Virus record (IMG/VR): IMGVR_UViG_3300025640_001000
Reading direction: 5' to 3' (one strand)
Origin: a virus
Lineage: Duplodnaviria > Caudoviricetes
Length of the DNA: 64,000 bases
Every line of letters begins with the position of its first letter. The stretch's first letter is position 1. This document shows positions 1 to 11,300 of the stretch, piece after piece. A model generated the notes under the pieces. It had not been told where the DNA came from, ran no database searches, and saw only the letters and a list, made by a program, of their open reading frames with translations. A program made the translations under genes and the position numbers.

Positions 1-1
1 C

Positions 2-2629
2 GAGAAAGTTTCTCACACATATGCTCAGGCAGGAACTTATGAAATTAAAATCACAGGGAAACTTAAAACTTGGTCATTTAATAACGATGAGTTTTCATCA
101 AATATAACAAACATATCAAGTTGGGGTTGTTTGGATTTAACAACAACTACACATCAATTTGATGGATGCATTAATCTTGATGTCACTGCAACTGATTATC
201 CTACTATTGGCAATAACACTAGTTTAGAATGTTGTTTTCAGAATTGCTCTTCGTTGACAGGTGGAGTCAGTAATTGGAAAGTAAACAATGTGGTAAACTT
301 TGAAAAGATGTTTAACGGATGCATAAACTTTAATGACGATGTTTCAAACTGGAATACATCATCTGCAACAAACATGATTTCAATGTTTATGAATGCTTCG
401 TCTTTTAATATTGATGTTAACACCAAGCAAATCGGAAACGAAACTGCGTGGGATGTATCAAAAGTGACGGATGCGAATAGAATGTTTGCGGGGTGTACAC
501 TTTACGATCAATCAATTCATTTATGGAACATTAGTATTATACAAAATATGGAATTAATTTTCAATGGTGTAACTCTTTCTTTGTGTAATTACGTAAAAAT
601 GATAAGAAACTGGGCAGGATTAACATTTGAAAACACTAATATAAAATTCGGAGCTTCATCGTGTAAATATGATTATGCTACTCAGTCATATCGAATACGA
701 TTACAACAATCTATGAATATAACAGATGAAGGCTTAGATACAGAAAATGTATGTGAGGGGTCTGTGCTTTATGCAACACTTGTAAACCCAACACTTGCTC
801 ATTTAAATTCTGGAAATGATCTTATGGATTCACGAAAATGGCAAGCCGTGTGGGACGATCCCAATAATCAATATCAGTATGAGGCAATATTTCTTCCTTT
901 TTATGATATAGATTATCAATTAAGTAAGTCACTTTATGATGCGGAAAACAATAAACTTAGTGATCATGTTAATGTAAACACTAAACCTTATTTAATGTTT
1001 GATGTAACATTTGAAAATTCTACATACAATTATGAACATACATGGTCTATAGACATCGGAACAGTTTTAATAATTGATGAACCGATGACAGATGATTGGA
1101 AAGCAACATTAAAAACTCAATATCCAACTGCTAGTATCGTAGATAATATAACAGAAATTGACTCTTTGGATGCAACCACGACCACAAAAATAATAATCCC
1201 AGTTGGAAATTTATATGTTGCAACGGTTGAAGATTACATTTCAATGGAAAGACCGTTACCTACACAATTACCTTGGCCTGGAGAGCATATGTATGTTTTT
1301 CGTAAAAATGAAACATCTACTGATATGATAAATTCCGAAAAGGTACGAGTGGATAATTTCGACTTAGGATATGTAAGTGCAAATTTTGCAGGTTACCCAC
1401 AAACGATGTGTATGTATGTAGATAATGGATTATCTGGTATGATGGTGTATATGGTGAGAAGAACTCCCACAGATGCAAAAGATGATCGCATACAAGAAAT
1501 TGTTAACATTGAAGTGGTGATGAAAACATCCGGAGTTTGGAAAGATGCTCGTAAAATTGAGGACATAATTCCCGAAATAAGTCAATCAACACTTATGCCT
1601 AATATAAAAAAGTCAGGAAAAATTGTTTATTGTTCTCATGTTAAAAAATTATTGTTGTATTGTCACACAGGTTGTATTTGGTTAAATTATGATGATGTAT
1701 CAAATTCACTTTCATATCATCTTGAGAGTACTCCGGGTGGTGACCACGATTTTCCTGCACCCACTTACTCCGCATTTATAGATGCGAATCAAAACTTGGA
1801 TCTTTTGTATGAAGATGGAATTCGTAAGTTTTCGGATTCCGGATATTCAGAGAAACTGACGGTTGAATATACAATTCCAGGTGTATGTCGTGATCCACAT
1901 ATAAGATATAATCGTAAAAATGATACTATTGAAGTTACTTACTTTACTAGTGTAGATACATGGATTCCATTTAGTGGAAATTTAGTTTGTGTAAAAGATA
2001 GTTACACACTAGATCAAACTCTTCGTCCACAGAAAGTTACTTCATCTACAATGACAAAAAAGGTGGTTGATGAAACAGGAGAATCTATATATCCACAACT
2101 TTTTCCGAATCTGGGAGATCAACCACATTTTCATTACTCTGATGACTTCGCTTGTATGTCCATTTTTCCAGTAGGAGCATCTGATGATGTAAATTCTATT
2201 TACTTTCCTACAGAGTTTTATTGGAATGTAGGATCAGATAGAATGCCGCTGTTGTATCATAACACAGAAACACATCACACTCAATCATTTGAATTAGAGT
2301 GTGGTGTGTTGTTGTATGCCTGTATATCACATGGAATGTTAATTACACTTGAATATGACGAAGATGTTACACTTGCATCTAATAACATTTATATAAGATT
2401 CACTCAAATAAACACAAACGATCCAGTGAACATTCAATTGTCTCAAATTGGTGAACGAAAAAATATAAAAGATATGGGATTTCAGATTCCTGATCCTGAG
2501 GGTAATAATAAATATAATCCTACTCCAGATAGATTTACTTCATGGCAATATGGAGTATCTGGAGACGGTGATTGGTTATCGTTTGCTCCGAACGCAAACA
2601 AAGATATATTTTCTGTGTTGATAACTTAA
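2..2629 (+). CDS. 5'-truncated surface/virion protein: PKD-like end, DUF285/BspA-like repeats, unknown C-terminal region
   Basis: Frame is open from base 2 (EKVSHTYAQAGTYEIKITG, PKD-like), so the start at 131 in the ORF track is not the true start. Repeats SNWKVNNVVNFEKMF, SNWNTSSATNMISMF and AWDVSKVTDANRMF are DUF285-type. Confidence 0.8.
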   Translation, partial: EKVSHTYAQAGTYEIKITGKLKTWSFNNDEFSSNITNISSWGCLDLTTTTHQFDGCINLDVTATDYPTIGNNTSLECCFQNCSSLTGGVSNWKVNNVVNFEKMFNGCINFNDDVSNWNTSSATNMISMFMNASSFNIDVNTKQIGNETAWDVSKVTDANRMFAGCTLYDQSIHLWNISIIQNMELIFNGVTLSLCNYVKMIRNWAGLTFENTNIKFGASSCKYDYATQSYRIRLQQSMNITDEGLDTENVCEGSVLYATLVNPTLAHLNSGNDLMDSRKWQAVWDDPNNQYQYEAIFLPFYDIDYQLSKSLYDAENNKLSDHVNVNTKPYLMFDVTFENSTYNYEHTWSIDIGTVLIIDEPMTDDWKATLKTQYPTASIVDNITEIDSLDATTTTKIIIPVGNLYVATVEDYISMERPLPTQLPWPGEHMYVFRKNETSTDMINSEKVRVDNFDLGYVSANFAGYPQTMCMYVDNGLSGMMVYMVRRTPTDAKDDRIQEIVNIEVVMKTSGVWKDARKIEDIIPEISQSTLMPNIKKSGKIVYCSHVKKLLLYCHTGCIWLNYDDVSNSLSYHLESTPGGDHDFPAPTYSAFIDANQNLDLLYEDGIRKFSDSGYSEKLTVEYTIPGVCRDPHIRYNRKNDTIEVTYFTSVDTWIPFSGNLVCVKDSYTLDQTLRPQKVTSSTMTKKVVDETGESIYPQLFPNLGDQPHFHYSDDFACMSIFPVGASDDVNSIYFPTEFYWNVGSDRMPLLYHNTETHHTQSFELECGVLLYACISHGMLITLEYDEDVTLASNNIYIRFTQINTNDPVNIQLSQIGERKNIKDMGFQIPDPEGNNKYNPTPDRFTSWQYGVSGDGDWLSFAPNANKDIFSVLIT

Positions 2630-3168
2630 TGATTTCACACGATAAGAAATTTATTTTTGTTCATGTTCCAAGAACTGGTGGAACGAGTTTAGAATCTTTT
2701 TTTTGTGAATCGCAACTTAAACACATCCATTTTAAACAAAAACATTCTAGGCATGAACATGAGTTACAAGATCATATTGATTATTTTTCTTTTTCTTTTG
2801 TAAGAAATCCGTGGGAAAGAATGTTGTCGTTTTACCTTTTTGATATAGTAGGTAGCACTAAATACTCTTTGTATAATTGGTTAAAATTAACTCGTATAAG
2901 AAATCGTTTTGCTCAATCTATGAGTTTTTTTATTATGCACAACGAAAAACCTAGAGTTAATTTTGTTGGAAGATATGAAAATTATCATACAGATGTGAAA
3001 TATATTTGTAACAAATTAAACATAGAATACGCAGAACTACCTGTTTTGAACAAAACAAATCATAATTATTATGTTGATTACTATGACGAGAAAACAAAAA
3101 AACTAGTTGAAAGTATGTATAAAGAAGACATACTGAATTTTGAATATGAATTTGGAAAAAATAACTGA
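2629..3168 (+). CDS. Sulfotransferase family 2 protein
   Basis: MISHDKKFIFVHVPRTGGTS (5'-PSB loop), FSFVRNPWERMLSFY (3'-PB), FVGRYEN. ATG overlaps the upstream TAA (TAATG), favouring 2629 over 2572. Confidence 0.85.
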   Translation: MISHDKKFIFVHVPRTGGTSLESFFCESQLKHIHFKQKHSRHEHELQDHIDYFSFSFVRNPWERMLSFYLFDIVGSTKYSLYNWLKLTRIRNRFAQSMSFFIMHNEKPRVNFVGRYENYHTDVKYICNKLNIEYAELPVLNKTNHNYYVDYYDEKTKKLVESMYKEDILNFEYEFGKNN

Positions 3169-3783
3169 ATGATTTCTCACGACAACGGAGTAATTTATAT
3201 AGATATACCATTTTCGGGTGGAAGCTCTTTCAAAGAATTTTATATTGACAAGCATAAAGATTCAATGAAAACTATAGAAGGTGAAAATCGTCAAGCAGTT
3301 GATAAAGCAACGGGTAAGTATATAAAACAATTTTTTGATTATGATATTTTCACAATAGTCAAAAATCCATATCATCGTGCAGTTGATATGTGGTCAGTTG
3401 CTCAATCTAAATATAAAAAAACAAACATCAAAAAACAAACAATAGGTGAGTATTACGAGAATTTATTGAACAAGTGGGATTGTGCTGATGGAGATGCCAT
3501 TGTTCGTCAAGTTGATTATTTAAAAAGCAACAATGATTGTTACTTTGGAGTATCTGATGTTTCATTTGAAACAGAGCATTTGTTTTATTTTGAAGACTTG
3601 ATTGATTCAAAGTTAGATTCAATAAATTTGTTTTTTTCCGAAAATTATATGCCAAGGTTAGCATTTTATGTAGAGTTTTCTCCAAACGAATCTTGGAGGG
3701 ATCATTACGACAAACATTCTATTGAAATTATTAACTATATTTTTGACGAAGATTTTGAATATTGTGGTTATGGAAAAATTTAA
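3169..3783 (+). CDS. Sulfotransferase family 2-like protein with a degenerate PAPS-binding loop
   Basis: MISHDNGVIYIDIPFSGGSS, FTIVKNPYHRAVDMW, C-terminal FDEDFEYCGY; paralogous to the upstream gene. Confidence 0.7.
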   Translation: MISHDNGVIYIDIPFSGGSSFKEFYIDKHKDSMKTIEGENRQAVDKATGKYIKQFFDYDIFTIVKNPYHRAVDMWSVAQSKYKKTNIKKQTIGEYYENLLNKWDCADGDAIVRQVDYLKSNNDCYFGVSDVSFETEHLFYFEDLIDSKLDSINLFFSENYMPRLAFYVEFSPNESWRDHYDKHSIEIINYIFDEDFEYCGYGKI

Positions 3784-3793
3784 TTTTACTATT

Positions 3794-3801
3794 TATTTAT
3801 A
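3794..3801 (+). promoter_or_regulatory. TATTTATA putative late-promoter motif
   Basis: 3 nt before ATG 3805; recurrent intergenic motif. Confidence 0.55.
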
Positions 3802-3804
3802 AGT

Positions 3805-6441
3805 ATGGAAGAGGATTTTTACTGCGGAGACATCGTTGAACCTGGTAGTCACATCTCATTGGATGATGTGATTCATTATTTTAATATATTTAATGGAGAC
3901 GTTCGTGAGTCTTCGTTATCGCCAACTCAACGCAAATTGCTAAACATTTTAAACTCAGAGCAATATGCTGGAGTAGACAAAACAAATCTTGATGAACTAT
4001 ATAATGTATTATCAGGAATTGCAGCTTCAGTATTATGCGTGGATCGTCCTGTTGAATGTTGTTTAGGAAAAAACGAAATTCAAACATACGGAACAACTGA
4101 AGAATATCCTGCTATAAAAGGAGTATCAGTTCAAGTATTTGAAGAAAACGGCCTTGTTTGTTTTAATGATTTAGAACTAGATGGATTGAGTTATCCATAT
4201 GGAGTTACTGTAAATAAAAAAGATGGAAGTTTCGTTTATGGTAAAATAAAAGCAACTGGAAAATTTACAAACAATGAAATTGTTTATTATTCACCTGCCG
4301 GAGATTTTTACACTGGTCGTTTAACAACAACTTCTGGATTTGATAATCAACTTGATTATGCGGGTGAATGTATCTTAGACGGAGAACCCATACCAAATCC
4401 AACACCAACACCAACATATGTTCCGAAACCTCCGTGTGAAGATCATGCGTGTAATTTAACATTAACTCCACATGATGAATATGTTAATTTCCAACGATCA
4501 TTTAGTATTCTTGGAAATGCCGGAACAGGAGAACGAGAATTAGATGGAAGTTCACAGGTAAAATACTTGGTTCCTGAAAAACTTCAAGTTAATACAATTA
4601 GTTCTCCTGGATATGCTTCTAATTGGGTTTGTGTACTTTTTGATAAACGGTACACTTTGCAAAATAGATTTGAATTTTTATGTACCACTCTTGAGTTTAC
4701 TGCAACCAGTGATCGTGATACAAGTGTTGGTTTTCTTGTTAAGCAGAACGATAGTTACTATCGTTATCAAATGGCCATTGGAACTAACTTTGATTTAAAC
4801 ATCAACGAGTTGCAATTATCACAAGATAGTTTCAAGAAAATTTATGGTGGTGGACCTGAACAACTTGATTTTTACAAAAATGCAGATTTTGAATTTGGAT
4901 TGGATTTTTCAAGTACAGGTTCTTCTACTTTTAGTGTAATAACAAAATTAAGCATTTGTCTTGGTGGAGATTTTCTAGAATCTGAAGAAGCACCCACAGG
5001 ACCAGTTCAACCTACTCCTACTCCTACTCCTACTTATATAGATGATTCTGGAAGTTTGTATCTTGCGAGTGGTGAAGAAACTGAAGTTCATATTCCAAGC
5101 ATAGAATTTTTTGGTTGTGCAGGAACTCCGTGGGCAAGTGTTAAACGAACGGGTGCTAAACCACGATTCGCAGCTAAATATGGTCATGGTCAGACTGGTG
5201 ATGAAAATGGTGGATTTAGTAGTTACTCACTTCAACAAAAAGCATTTGAATTTCGTGGCAATACAATTGTCATAGGAGCACCACAAAGCAGAAATACTGC
5301 GGGTAATGTATATGTGTGGAATAAAAATAAAAGTCTGCAATCTGATGTGATCACCGAAACGGTATGGAAAACTTCAGGTGGAGCAAATCCAAATCAATCG
5401 TGTGATCCAATAAATCAACAATTTAGAGGTGACATTGTTAATAGTGGTTCTAACCTCGGTGACTTCGTTGCACTTAATATAAACGGAACAACTGCATTTT
5501 GTGGAGTTCCGAATTTACCACAAGGAAATCAAACTTCTCAAGTCGCAGGTGGTTATATGGATGTACCGATCAATTCCAGTAATGGTCTTGCAACTTTAAA
5601 TCAAAGCACAACCAAGTGCCACCGTATGATAAATTATGCAAATGGTGCGATGAACATTTCAGGTATTGCAGTAGATGGAAGCAACAATACAGCATTTGCT
5701 CGTCCTGCGTATAGCAATGGAATTGGGGCTGTTCAAATTGGAACTAGTTATGTTTTTTCTCCTACCAGTTCCAACGGACGATTCGGATTGAGTAAAGCAG
5801 GATCAAGAGTGCTTGCATCAGGTAACAATTTCTTTGTTGTTTCAAATTATTCTATAGGTGTAGTTTATATAATAACAAAACAAGGAAATGTGTGGGCAAT
5901 TCGTTCAACGATAAGTGCGGATAATTTACCTCCTGAATTTTCGGACTTGAATGATTTTGGTTTTAATGTAAGTGCTACACCACCAAACAAAACTTCACAA
6001 TACATTGCAGTTCAGGGCAAAAAAACAAATGATCATGTTGTAACTGCGATATTTGGAATTAGTATAATGGGTATTGCAACTTATGCAAATGTAATTGATC
6101 ATGGTTATACAACTATGATGGGATTGTGTGTAAATCAACGAGAAAATTCTATGCTTGGTAACATGGTAGATGTGTATGTTGGAAATGCAACTTCAACAAT
6201 TGATCATTACAATGGATTAACAGGAACAAAAGTTTCAAATACAATTGCTCCTGAGCATGGAAAAATAATAGTAGCAGGAGAAAAAACAACATCTGTGTCT
6301 AATTTAGGTGCGTGTATATCCACGAACGGAACACAGGTCGCAGTTTCGTGTTCTGCATTTGCGTATCAACCAGATGCTCAAGGCAACAAAGTAAATGCGG
6401 GTAACAATTCGTTTATAATATTCGACGTACAAAATAGTTAA
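3805..6441 (+). CDS. Modular virion/surface protein: dockerin-like N-terminus, module B, PT linkers, beta-rich domain, FG-GAP-like propeller
   Basis: CGDIVEPGSHISLDDVIHYF; module B ECCLG...YGKIKATG...YYSPAGDFYTG; IVIGAPQSRNTAGNVYVW, LGDFVALN and FGFNVS are FG-GAP-like. Confidence 0.65.
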   Translation: MEEDFYCGDIVEPGSHISLDDVIHYFNIFNGDVRESSLSPTQRKLLNILNSEQYAGVDKTNLDELYNVLSGIAASVLCVDRPVECCLGKNEIQTYGTTEEYPAIKGVSVQVFEENGLVCFNDLELDGLSYPYGVTVNKKDGSFVYGKIKATGKFTNNEIVYYSPAGDFYTGRLTTTSGFDNQLDYAGECILDGEPIPNPTPTPTYVPKPPCEDHACNLTLTPHDEYVNFQRSFSILGNAGTGERELDGSSQVKYLVPEKLQVNTISSPGYASNWVCVLFDKRYTLQNRFEFLCTTLEFTATSDRDTSVGFLVKQNDSYYRYQMAIGTNFDLNINELQLSQDSFKKIYGGGPEQLDFYKNADFEFGLDFSSTGSSTFSVITKLSICLGGDFLESEEAPTGPVQPTPTPTPTYIDDSGSLYLASGEETEVHIPSIEFFGCAGTPWASVKRTGAKPRFAAKYGHGQTGDENGGFSSYSLQQKAFEFRGNTIVIGAPQSRNTAGNVYVWNKNKSLQSDVITETVWKTSGGANPNQSCDPINQQFRGDIVNSGSNLGDFVALNINGTTAFCGVPNLPQGNQTSQVAGGYMDVPINSSNGLATLNQSTTKCHRMINYANGAMNISGIAVDGSNNTAFARPAYSNGIGAVQIGTSYVFSPTSSNGRFGLSKAGSRVLASGNNFFVVSNYSIGVVYIITKQGNVWAIRSTISADNLPPEFSDLNDFGFNVSATPPNKTSQYIAVQGKKTNDHVVTAIFGISIMGIATYANVIDHGYTTMMGLCVNQRENSMLGNMVDVYVGNATSTIDHYNGLTGTKVSNTIAPEHGKIIVAGEKTTSVSNLGACISTNGTQVAVSCSAFAYQPDAQGNKVNAGNNSFIIFDVQNS

Positions 6442-6445
6442 TATA

Positions 6446-8302
6446 ATGGCAGAGTTAGCACAAAGTGAAGATACCTTAAAATATTACCTCGGTTGGTACG
6501 GTGAGTGCAGCGATGAATTGTTGTGTGCAAATTTCGATTTAACATTCGGAGCAAATCGTGACAAAATTTTTAAAGTTTATCAAATAAACAATATTGGTGA
6601 CAATTATGCTTATTTTGATGGAATGCTTACACCTGAGTTGGATCAACTACAAGGATTCACAGAACTTTTATGTGGTCATGCGTATTTGATTGTTTTAAAT
6701 GATGGTGACGGAGTGCTAGATATACCTGGATTTGTTCACACGAACAGTGAAGATTCAGAACTTCAACGATATTTAACTGCGAGTTGTGAAAATCAAGATT
6801 TACTTGCACAACAAGAATTGGTACAAGATAGAAAAGCACTTACCTATTATCTTGGTTGGTATGGTGGATGTGGTGATATATGTGAAAATTTTGATTTATC
6901 ACCGGTTCATGTTAGAAGCAAATTATTTCGTGTATTTCAAATAAACAAATTTAACGACAATTATACGATTTTTGAACCAACATATACTCAAAAGCAAGAT
7001 GCACTTGGTTTACAAGGTTTTACTCAACTTGAATGTAGTAAAATGTATTTGTTGGTGTTGGAAATGGGTGATGCAGTTTTAGAACTTGATAATTTCACTT
7101 ATACAAAAATTGATTCAGACGATTCTGGACGAATAATCAATGAATGCCTCACAGGTCCCCGTGGATTGAATCCTGGAATACCAAGAGTTGAATTGTTACC
7201 CGAAAGCATAGATATATTCAACGATAAATGGTACGATACAATTGAAGAACCAAAAGCAGATGCAGATTTGTTTAATGTTAATCTTAACTCTGATGGACAA
7301 GTCGTAGAAGACAATTCAATTTATTGTGGAAAATCTATTGTATTTGACGGAGTGATGGGTGCGTATGCTAATCTTGGTACATACAAAGAAAAATTACAAC
7401 TTATGACAATGTGTGTTGAATTTACGATTGATAGCAATGTTGGTAATCGTGAAATCGGAGAAGCAAGTAAAAACTCACAATATATTGTATTTCAGCAAAA
7501 CGAACGAAAAGATGAAAAAAATAGTGGTTTTTATGTTAAATATTTAGAAGATGAAGACACAGAAACTCAGGGACGATTAGAAGTTGGTGTAGTTAAAAAC
7601 AACGGAACTCGGTATTATTTAAAGTCGAATCCATTTTCAATAGTTGCTGACAAACGGTACATGGTATTTTTTGTGATATCAAAAACGATGATTTATTTGT
7701 ATGTTGAAGGTAATCTTGTTGGTACGATGAATAAAACTCCGGGAATCGATTACCACGAAACTCATACAATTCATCTTGGAAGAAAAAGACCAATTGGAAC
7801 AATTCAGGATGCGTATTTTAAAGGAAGAATACATAGATTTGTAATTTGGGCAGAATCACTTGGTACAGACTTTATATATAATTATTATTTACAAAATCGT
7901 TGTAAACCACCGATTGGAGTTGTATATAAATCATGTGAGTATATTTGGAATCCTCCTGCAATACCTGACTTTACAATATCCGCACCAACCACACGAACAT
8001 CTAGAATAGGTGTTGTATACCAAGTATGTTCAACTGGAGGTTCTGATGATTCAATTCAGTTGCCGGCATTACATACACTTGTGGTTCGTCCAAAAGTTCC
8101 ATATCCAAAAGTAATTGGTGTTAAGTATACACCTGGTAATTGCCCATCAGATACCAATTTTTCAAACTACTTTGAAAATTTGGAAAATCAACAAAAATGG
8201 ACCAAACCAAATTCCACAACCGGGGTGATCAATCACGATCCAATGCAATTGCCATCCGACCAAAATACTCCTATACCTGATGATGGTTGGGGAGACAAAT
8301 AA
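6446..8302 (+). CDS. Modular protein: two module A copies plus a LamG/concanavalin-like domain
   Basis: YYLGWYGEC...LLCGHAYLIVL...DIPGF and YYLGWYGGC...LECSKMYLLVL; LamG-like IYLYVEG...IHLGR...YFKGRIHRFVIW. Confidence 0.7.
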   Translation: MAELAQSEDTLKYYLGWYGECSDELLCANFDLTFGANRDKIFKVYQINNIGDNYAYFDGMLTPELDQLQGFTELLCGHAYLIVLNDGDGVLDIPGFVHTNSEDSELQRYLTASCENQDLLAQQELVQDRKALTYYLGWYGGCGDICENFDLSPVHVRSKLFRVFQINKFNDNYTIFEPTYTQKQDALGLQGFTQLECSKMYLLVLEMGDAVLELDNFTYTKIDSDDSGRIINECLTGPRGLNPGIPRVELLPESIDIFNDKWYDTIEEPKADADLFNVNLNSDGQVVEDNSIYCGKSIVFDGVMGAYANLGTYKEKLQLMTMCVEFTIDSNVGNREIGEASKNSQYIVFQQNERKDEKNSGFYVKYLEDEDTETQGRLEVGVVKNNGTRYYLKSNPFSIVADKRYMVFFVISKTMIYLYVEGNLVGTMNKTPGIDYHETHTIHLGRKRPIGTIQDAYFKGRIHRFVIWAESLGTDFIYNYYLQNRCKPPIGVVYKSCEYIWNPPAIPDFTISAPTTRTSRIGVVYQVCSTGGSDDSIQLPALHTLVVRPKVPYPKVIGVKYTPGNCPSDTNFSNYFENLENQQKWTKPNSTTGVINHDPMQLPSDQNTPIPDDGWGDK

Positions 8303-8335
8303 AATAATTTGTAACTGAAATAAAAGAAAAGATAA

Positions 8336-8343
8336 TATTTATA
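8336..8343 (+). promoter_or_regulatory. TATTTATA putative late-promoter motif
   Basis: Upstream of 8363. Confidence 0.55.
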
Positions 8344-8362
8344 TATACAGGAAATATCTGCT

Positions 8363-11300
8363 ATGAAAAACGACAACAATTCAAACAACGACAATGTAAC
8401 TGCATTTGATAACCAAGACAATCCAATTGTGATTTTAGTTGGTGCTGGAAACATGAATACAGCACCTTACTATCCATTTACCTTTGAAGAGGGGGGTGAG
8501 GTTGTCACACAACTTGTTGCAGGTACTTCGTACAAATTTAAAGCTGGTGAAGAATACACCGGTCACCCACTTAATATAGGAACAGGTGGTAGTACGGCAG
8601 AACCACTTGAGGGACTTCAACCTTTTCGTGATGGTGAAGATCCATCACCTGCGGGAATCATGCCATTAAATCCAAATAGTTACTTTAACATCACAGTACC
8701 TGAATCTGCCGAATCTTTAAATTATCAATGTAGTAGTCATATGTCAATGTTCGGTACTTTAACTGTTGTTGAACCTTCAGCAGAAGATACAACTGACGAT
8801 TCATCAACTGAAGAAACTACTGATACTGGTTCAACTGCACCGGGTGCAGTAACAATGTCATTACCAGACGAAATTGTAGTTGATAAAGATAATCCAAATG
8901 CTGGTGACTTTATTTACGTAAGTGGTCGTTGTTATGAAAAAACGAACACCTCGGGGGAAGAACATGAAGTAACACACGATCAAGTATTTGGAGGAATGTT
9001 AGATACCAAATCTGTTACTGTTGTATCACCCAAAGACTCACCCACGGTTACCTCTATATCCAGATATGATGTAATACAAAAGCAATTTACCGGTTGTGAC
9101 GATTGTGGTTCTTATGGTACCAGATATCGTGGTCAATCAAAAGAAACAGGAAAAGATTTTAAAATCAAGGTCATTAAGGAAATTGATTCTGATAACGGAA
9201 GTGTATATAGATACAAATTAAACGGAGAAGATAGAAATGGTTTCTTTAATCTTGTGACCAACCGAGATTTATTATTTTATGATAATGATTCGGTGACATT
9301 TGATATCGGATCGTTGAGTAGTGCTGATAAATCAAACTTTAATGTGACTGCTCAGAACGCTGCCGATGGTGAAAACAAACGGATTGTGGGAAACACACGC
9401 AGTGACCCTGGGTTATATTCAAAATTAAGAAATACAACATCTTCTATTAACGTCGGAGAGTATGCATACAACGAGAATGGCAACTCAGACGATATGGGTG
9501 GAACTATTTTAGTTAAAAAAAATCCATACGAAGACAACATATATTACGATGAAGCAAAACTCAAACAATTTCCTGATAGATTGCTTGCAACTAAAAGTCA
9601 CTCGTTACTTATTAAAAATGATGGTCGTGTTTACGGAACTGGATACAATTCCAGTTTTCAGCTGGGAATTGATCGTGATAGATCAAATTCGTCTCGTCGA
9701 GATACCCTGACGAATTGGACACCAACCTTAATCAATGAAATTGGCCCCATAAAAAAGATTTCAGGATGTGGCAATCATCATTGTTATATTACATACGATA
9801 ATAAATTGTATTTATCTGGACAAAACGATAGAGGTCAACTTGGTCGTGGTGACACCGCACACTCACCAAAACCCCAAATGGCAGAAATCAATCACGCAAC
9901 TGCTTCCGAGGAAGGTAGTGAAACACTTTATTTAAGTGAAGATATTCACACACGAATCATTGATGCAGATGCAGGTATGTATCATACCGTTGCATTGGAT
10001 GTAAATCAACGAATTTGGGTATGGGGAACAAGTGGTACAGCTGGTAATATGCTACTTAGTTTCAACAATAGAACAGGTAGTACCTCCGGATGGAGATATC
10101 AAGAAAGTCCATATAATACTTATGACCCGAGTGGTGCTGGTGGATTTAATACTGGAGGTCATGCTTACATTCAGACACGATCTATTTTGGCATATTGGGG
10201 AGAAACTTCTACAACAAATTCAAATCCTGCGAAGATAACAAATCCAGACCAATTCGATTCATCGACACACATACGACAAGTTGCGTGTGGGTTGTACACA
10301 ACATTTATACTAAATAGTGCCGGAAAGGTTTATAGTTGTGGATACAATGCCAATGGAGAACTCGGTCAAAGTTCTATCGATGGCAGAGAAAATGCAGATG
10401 CCGGTTATGCCCAAAACCCACATAGATCACTCGGAGCGGTATCTAGCACAGGAGGTAACGGAGAGGATACCGAACTGATTCATGTAAAAAAAGTAATAAC
10501 AGGTGATCGTCACACTTTACTATTAACATACGATGAGAAATTATATGGATTTGGAAAAAACACAAATGGATGTTTGGGTAAAGATCCTACTGATGATGCT
10601 TACGAATCAAAACCAATATTGTTATCAGGAGAAGATAAAGTTTATGCAGCTTCTGCTGGTGCCAATTCCACAGCATATATTACATATGAAGGAAAAGTTA
10701 AAGTTGCAGGAAGCAACATAAACGGAAAACTTGGAATAGATAGATTCATCGAAGCACCTGTACCACAAGTGCGAGCATCGACTGAGGAAATAACTTCATT
10801 CACAGAATCACCCAACTTAACGGGTGTAATTGAAATTAAAATGGGTGATCAATATACTCTTGGGTTAATGACCGATGGCCAGATAATCGCATTGGGTGAT
10901 AATCAATATGGTTCTCTTGGAACTCGGGGTAGTATTGATGGAAATTCTGATACGTATTCAAGGTATGACGATGCAGATGCAGGAGTCAATTCCAACAATT
11001 TGCAAAATTTTGGAAGAACCATTGATTTTAAAAACACAGACAAAACATTGATATGTATGCCGAATACCACATTAATTTGGCAAAAAGAAGCCACTACTCA
11101 GAAAGTACAAGCTGCCGGCCGCAGTGCTGAATATCAAGGGGGCTACTATAATGATGTTGCAACGGCTATTGCAGCTGAAAAAGATTTAACCCTAATTAAT
11201 AATACATTGTCAGGTACGGTTACTGAAGACAATGCGACTATTACAAAAATTGTAGCAACACACTCTAATACCGTAAAAATGATAAATAGCAAAGGTGAAT

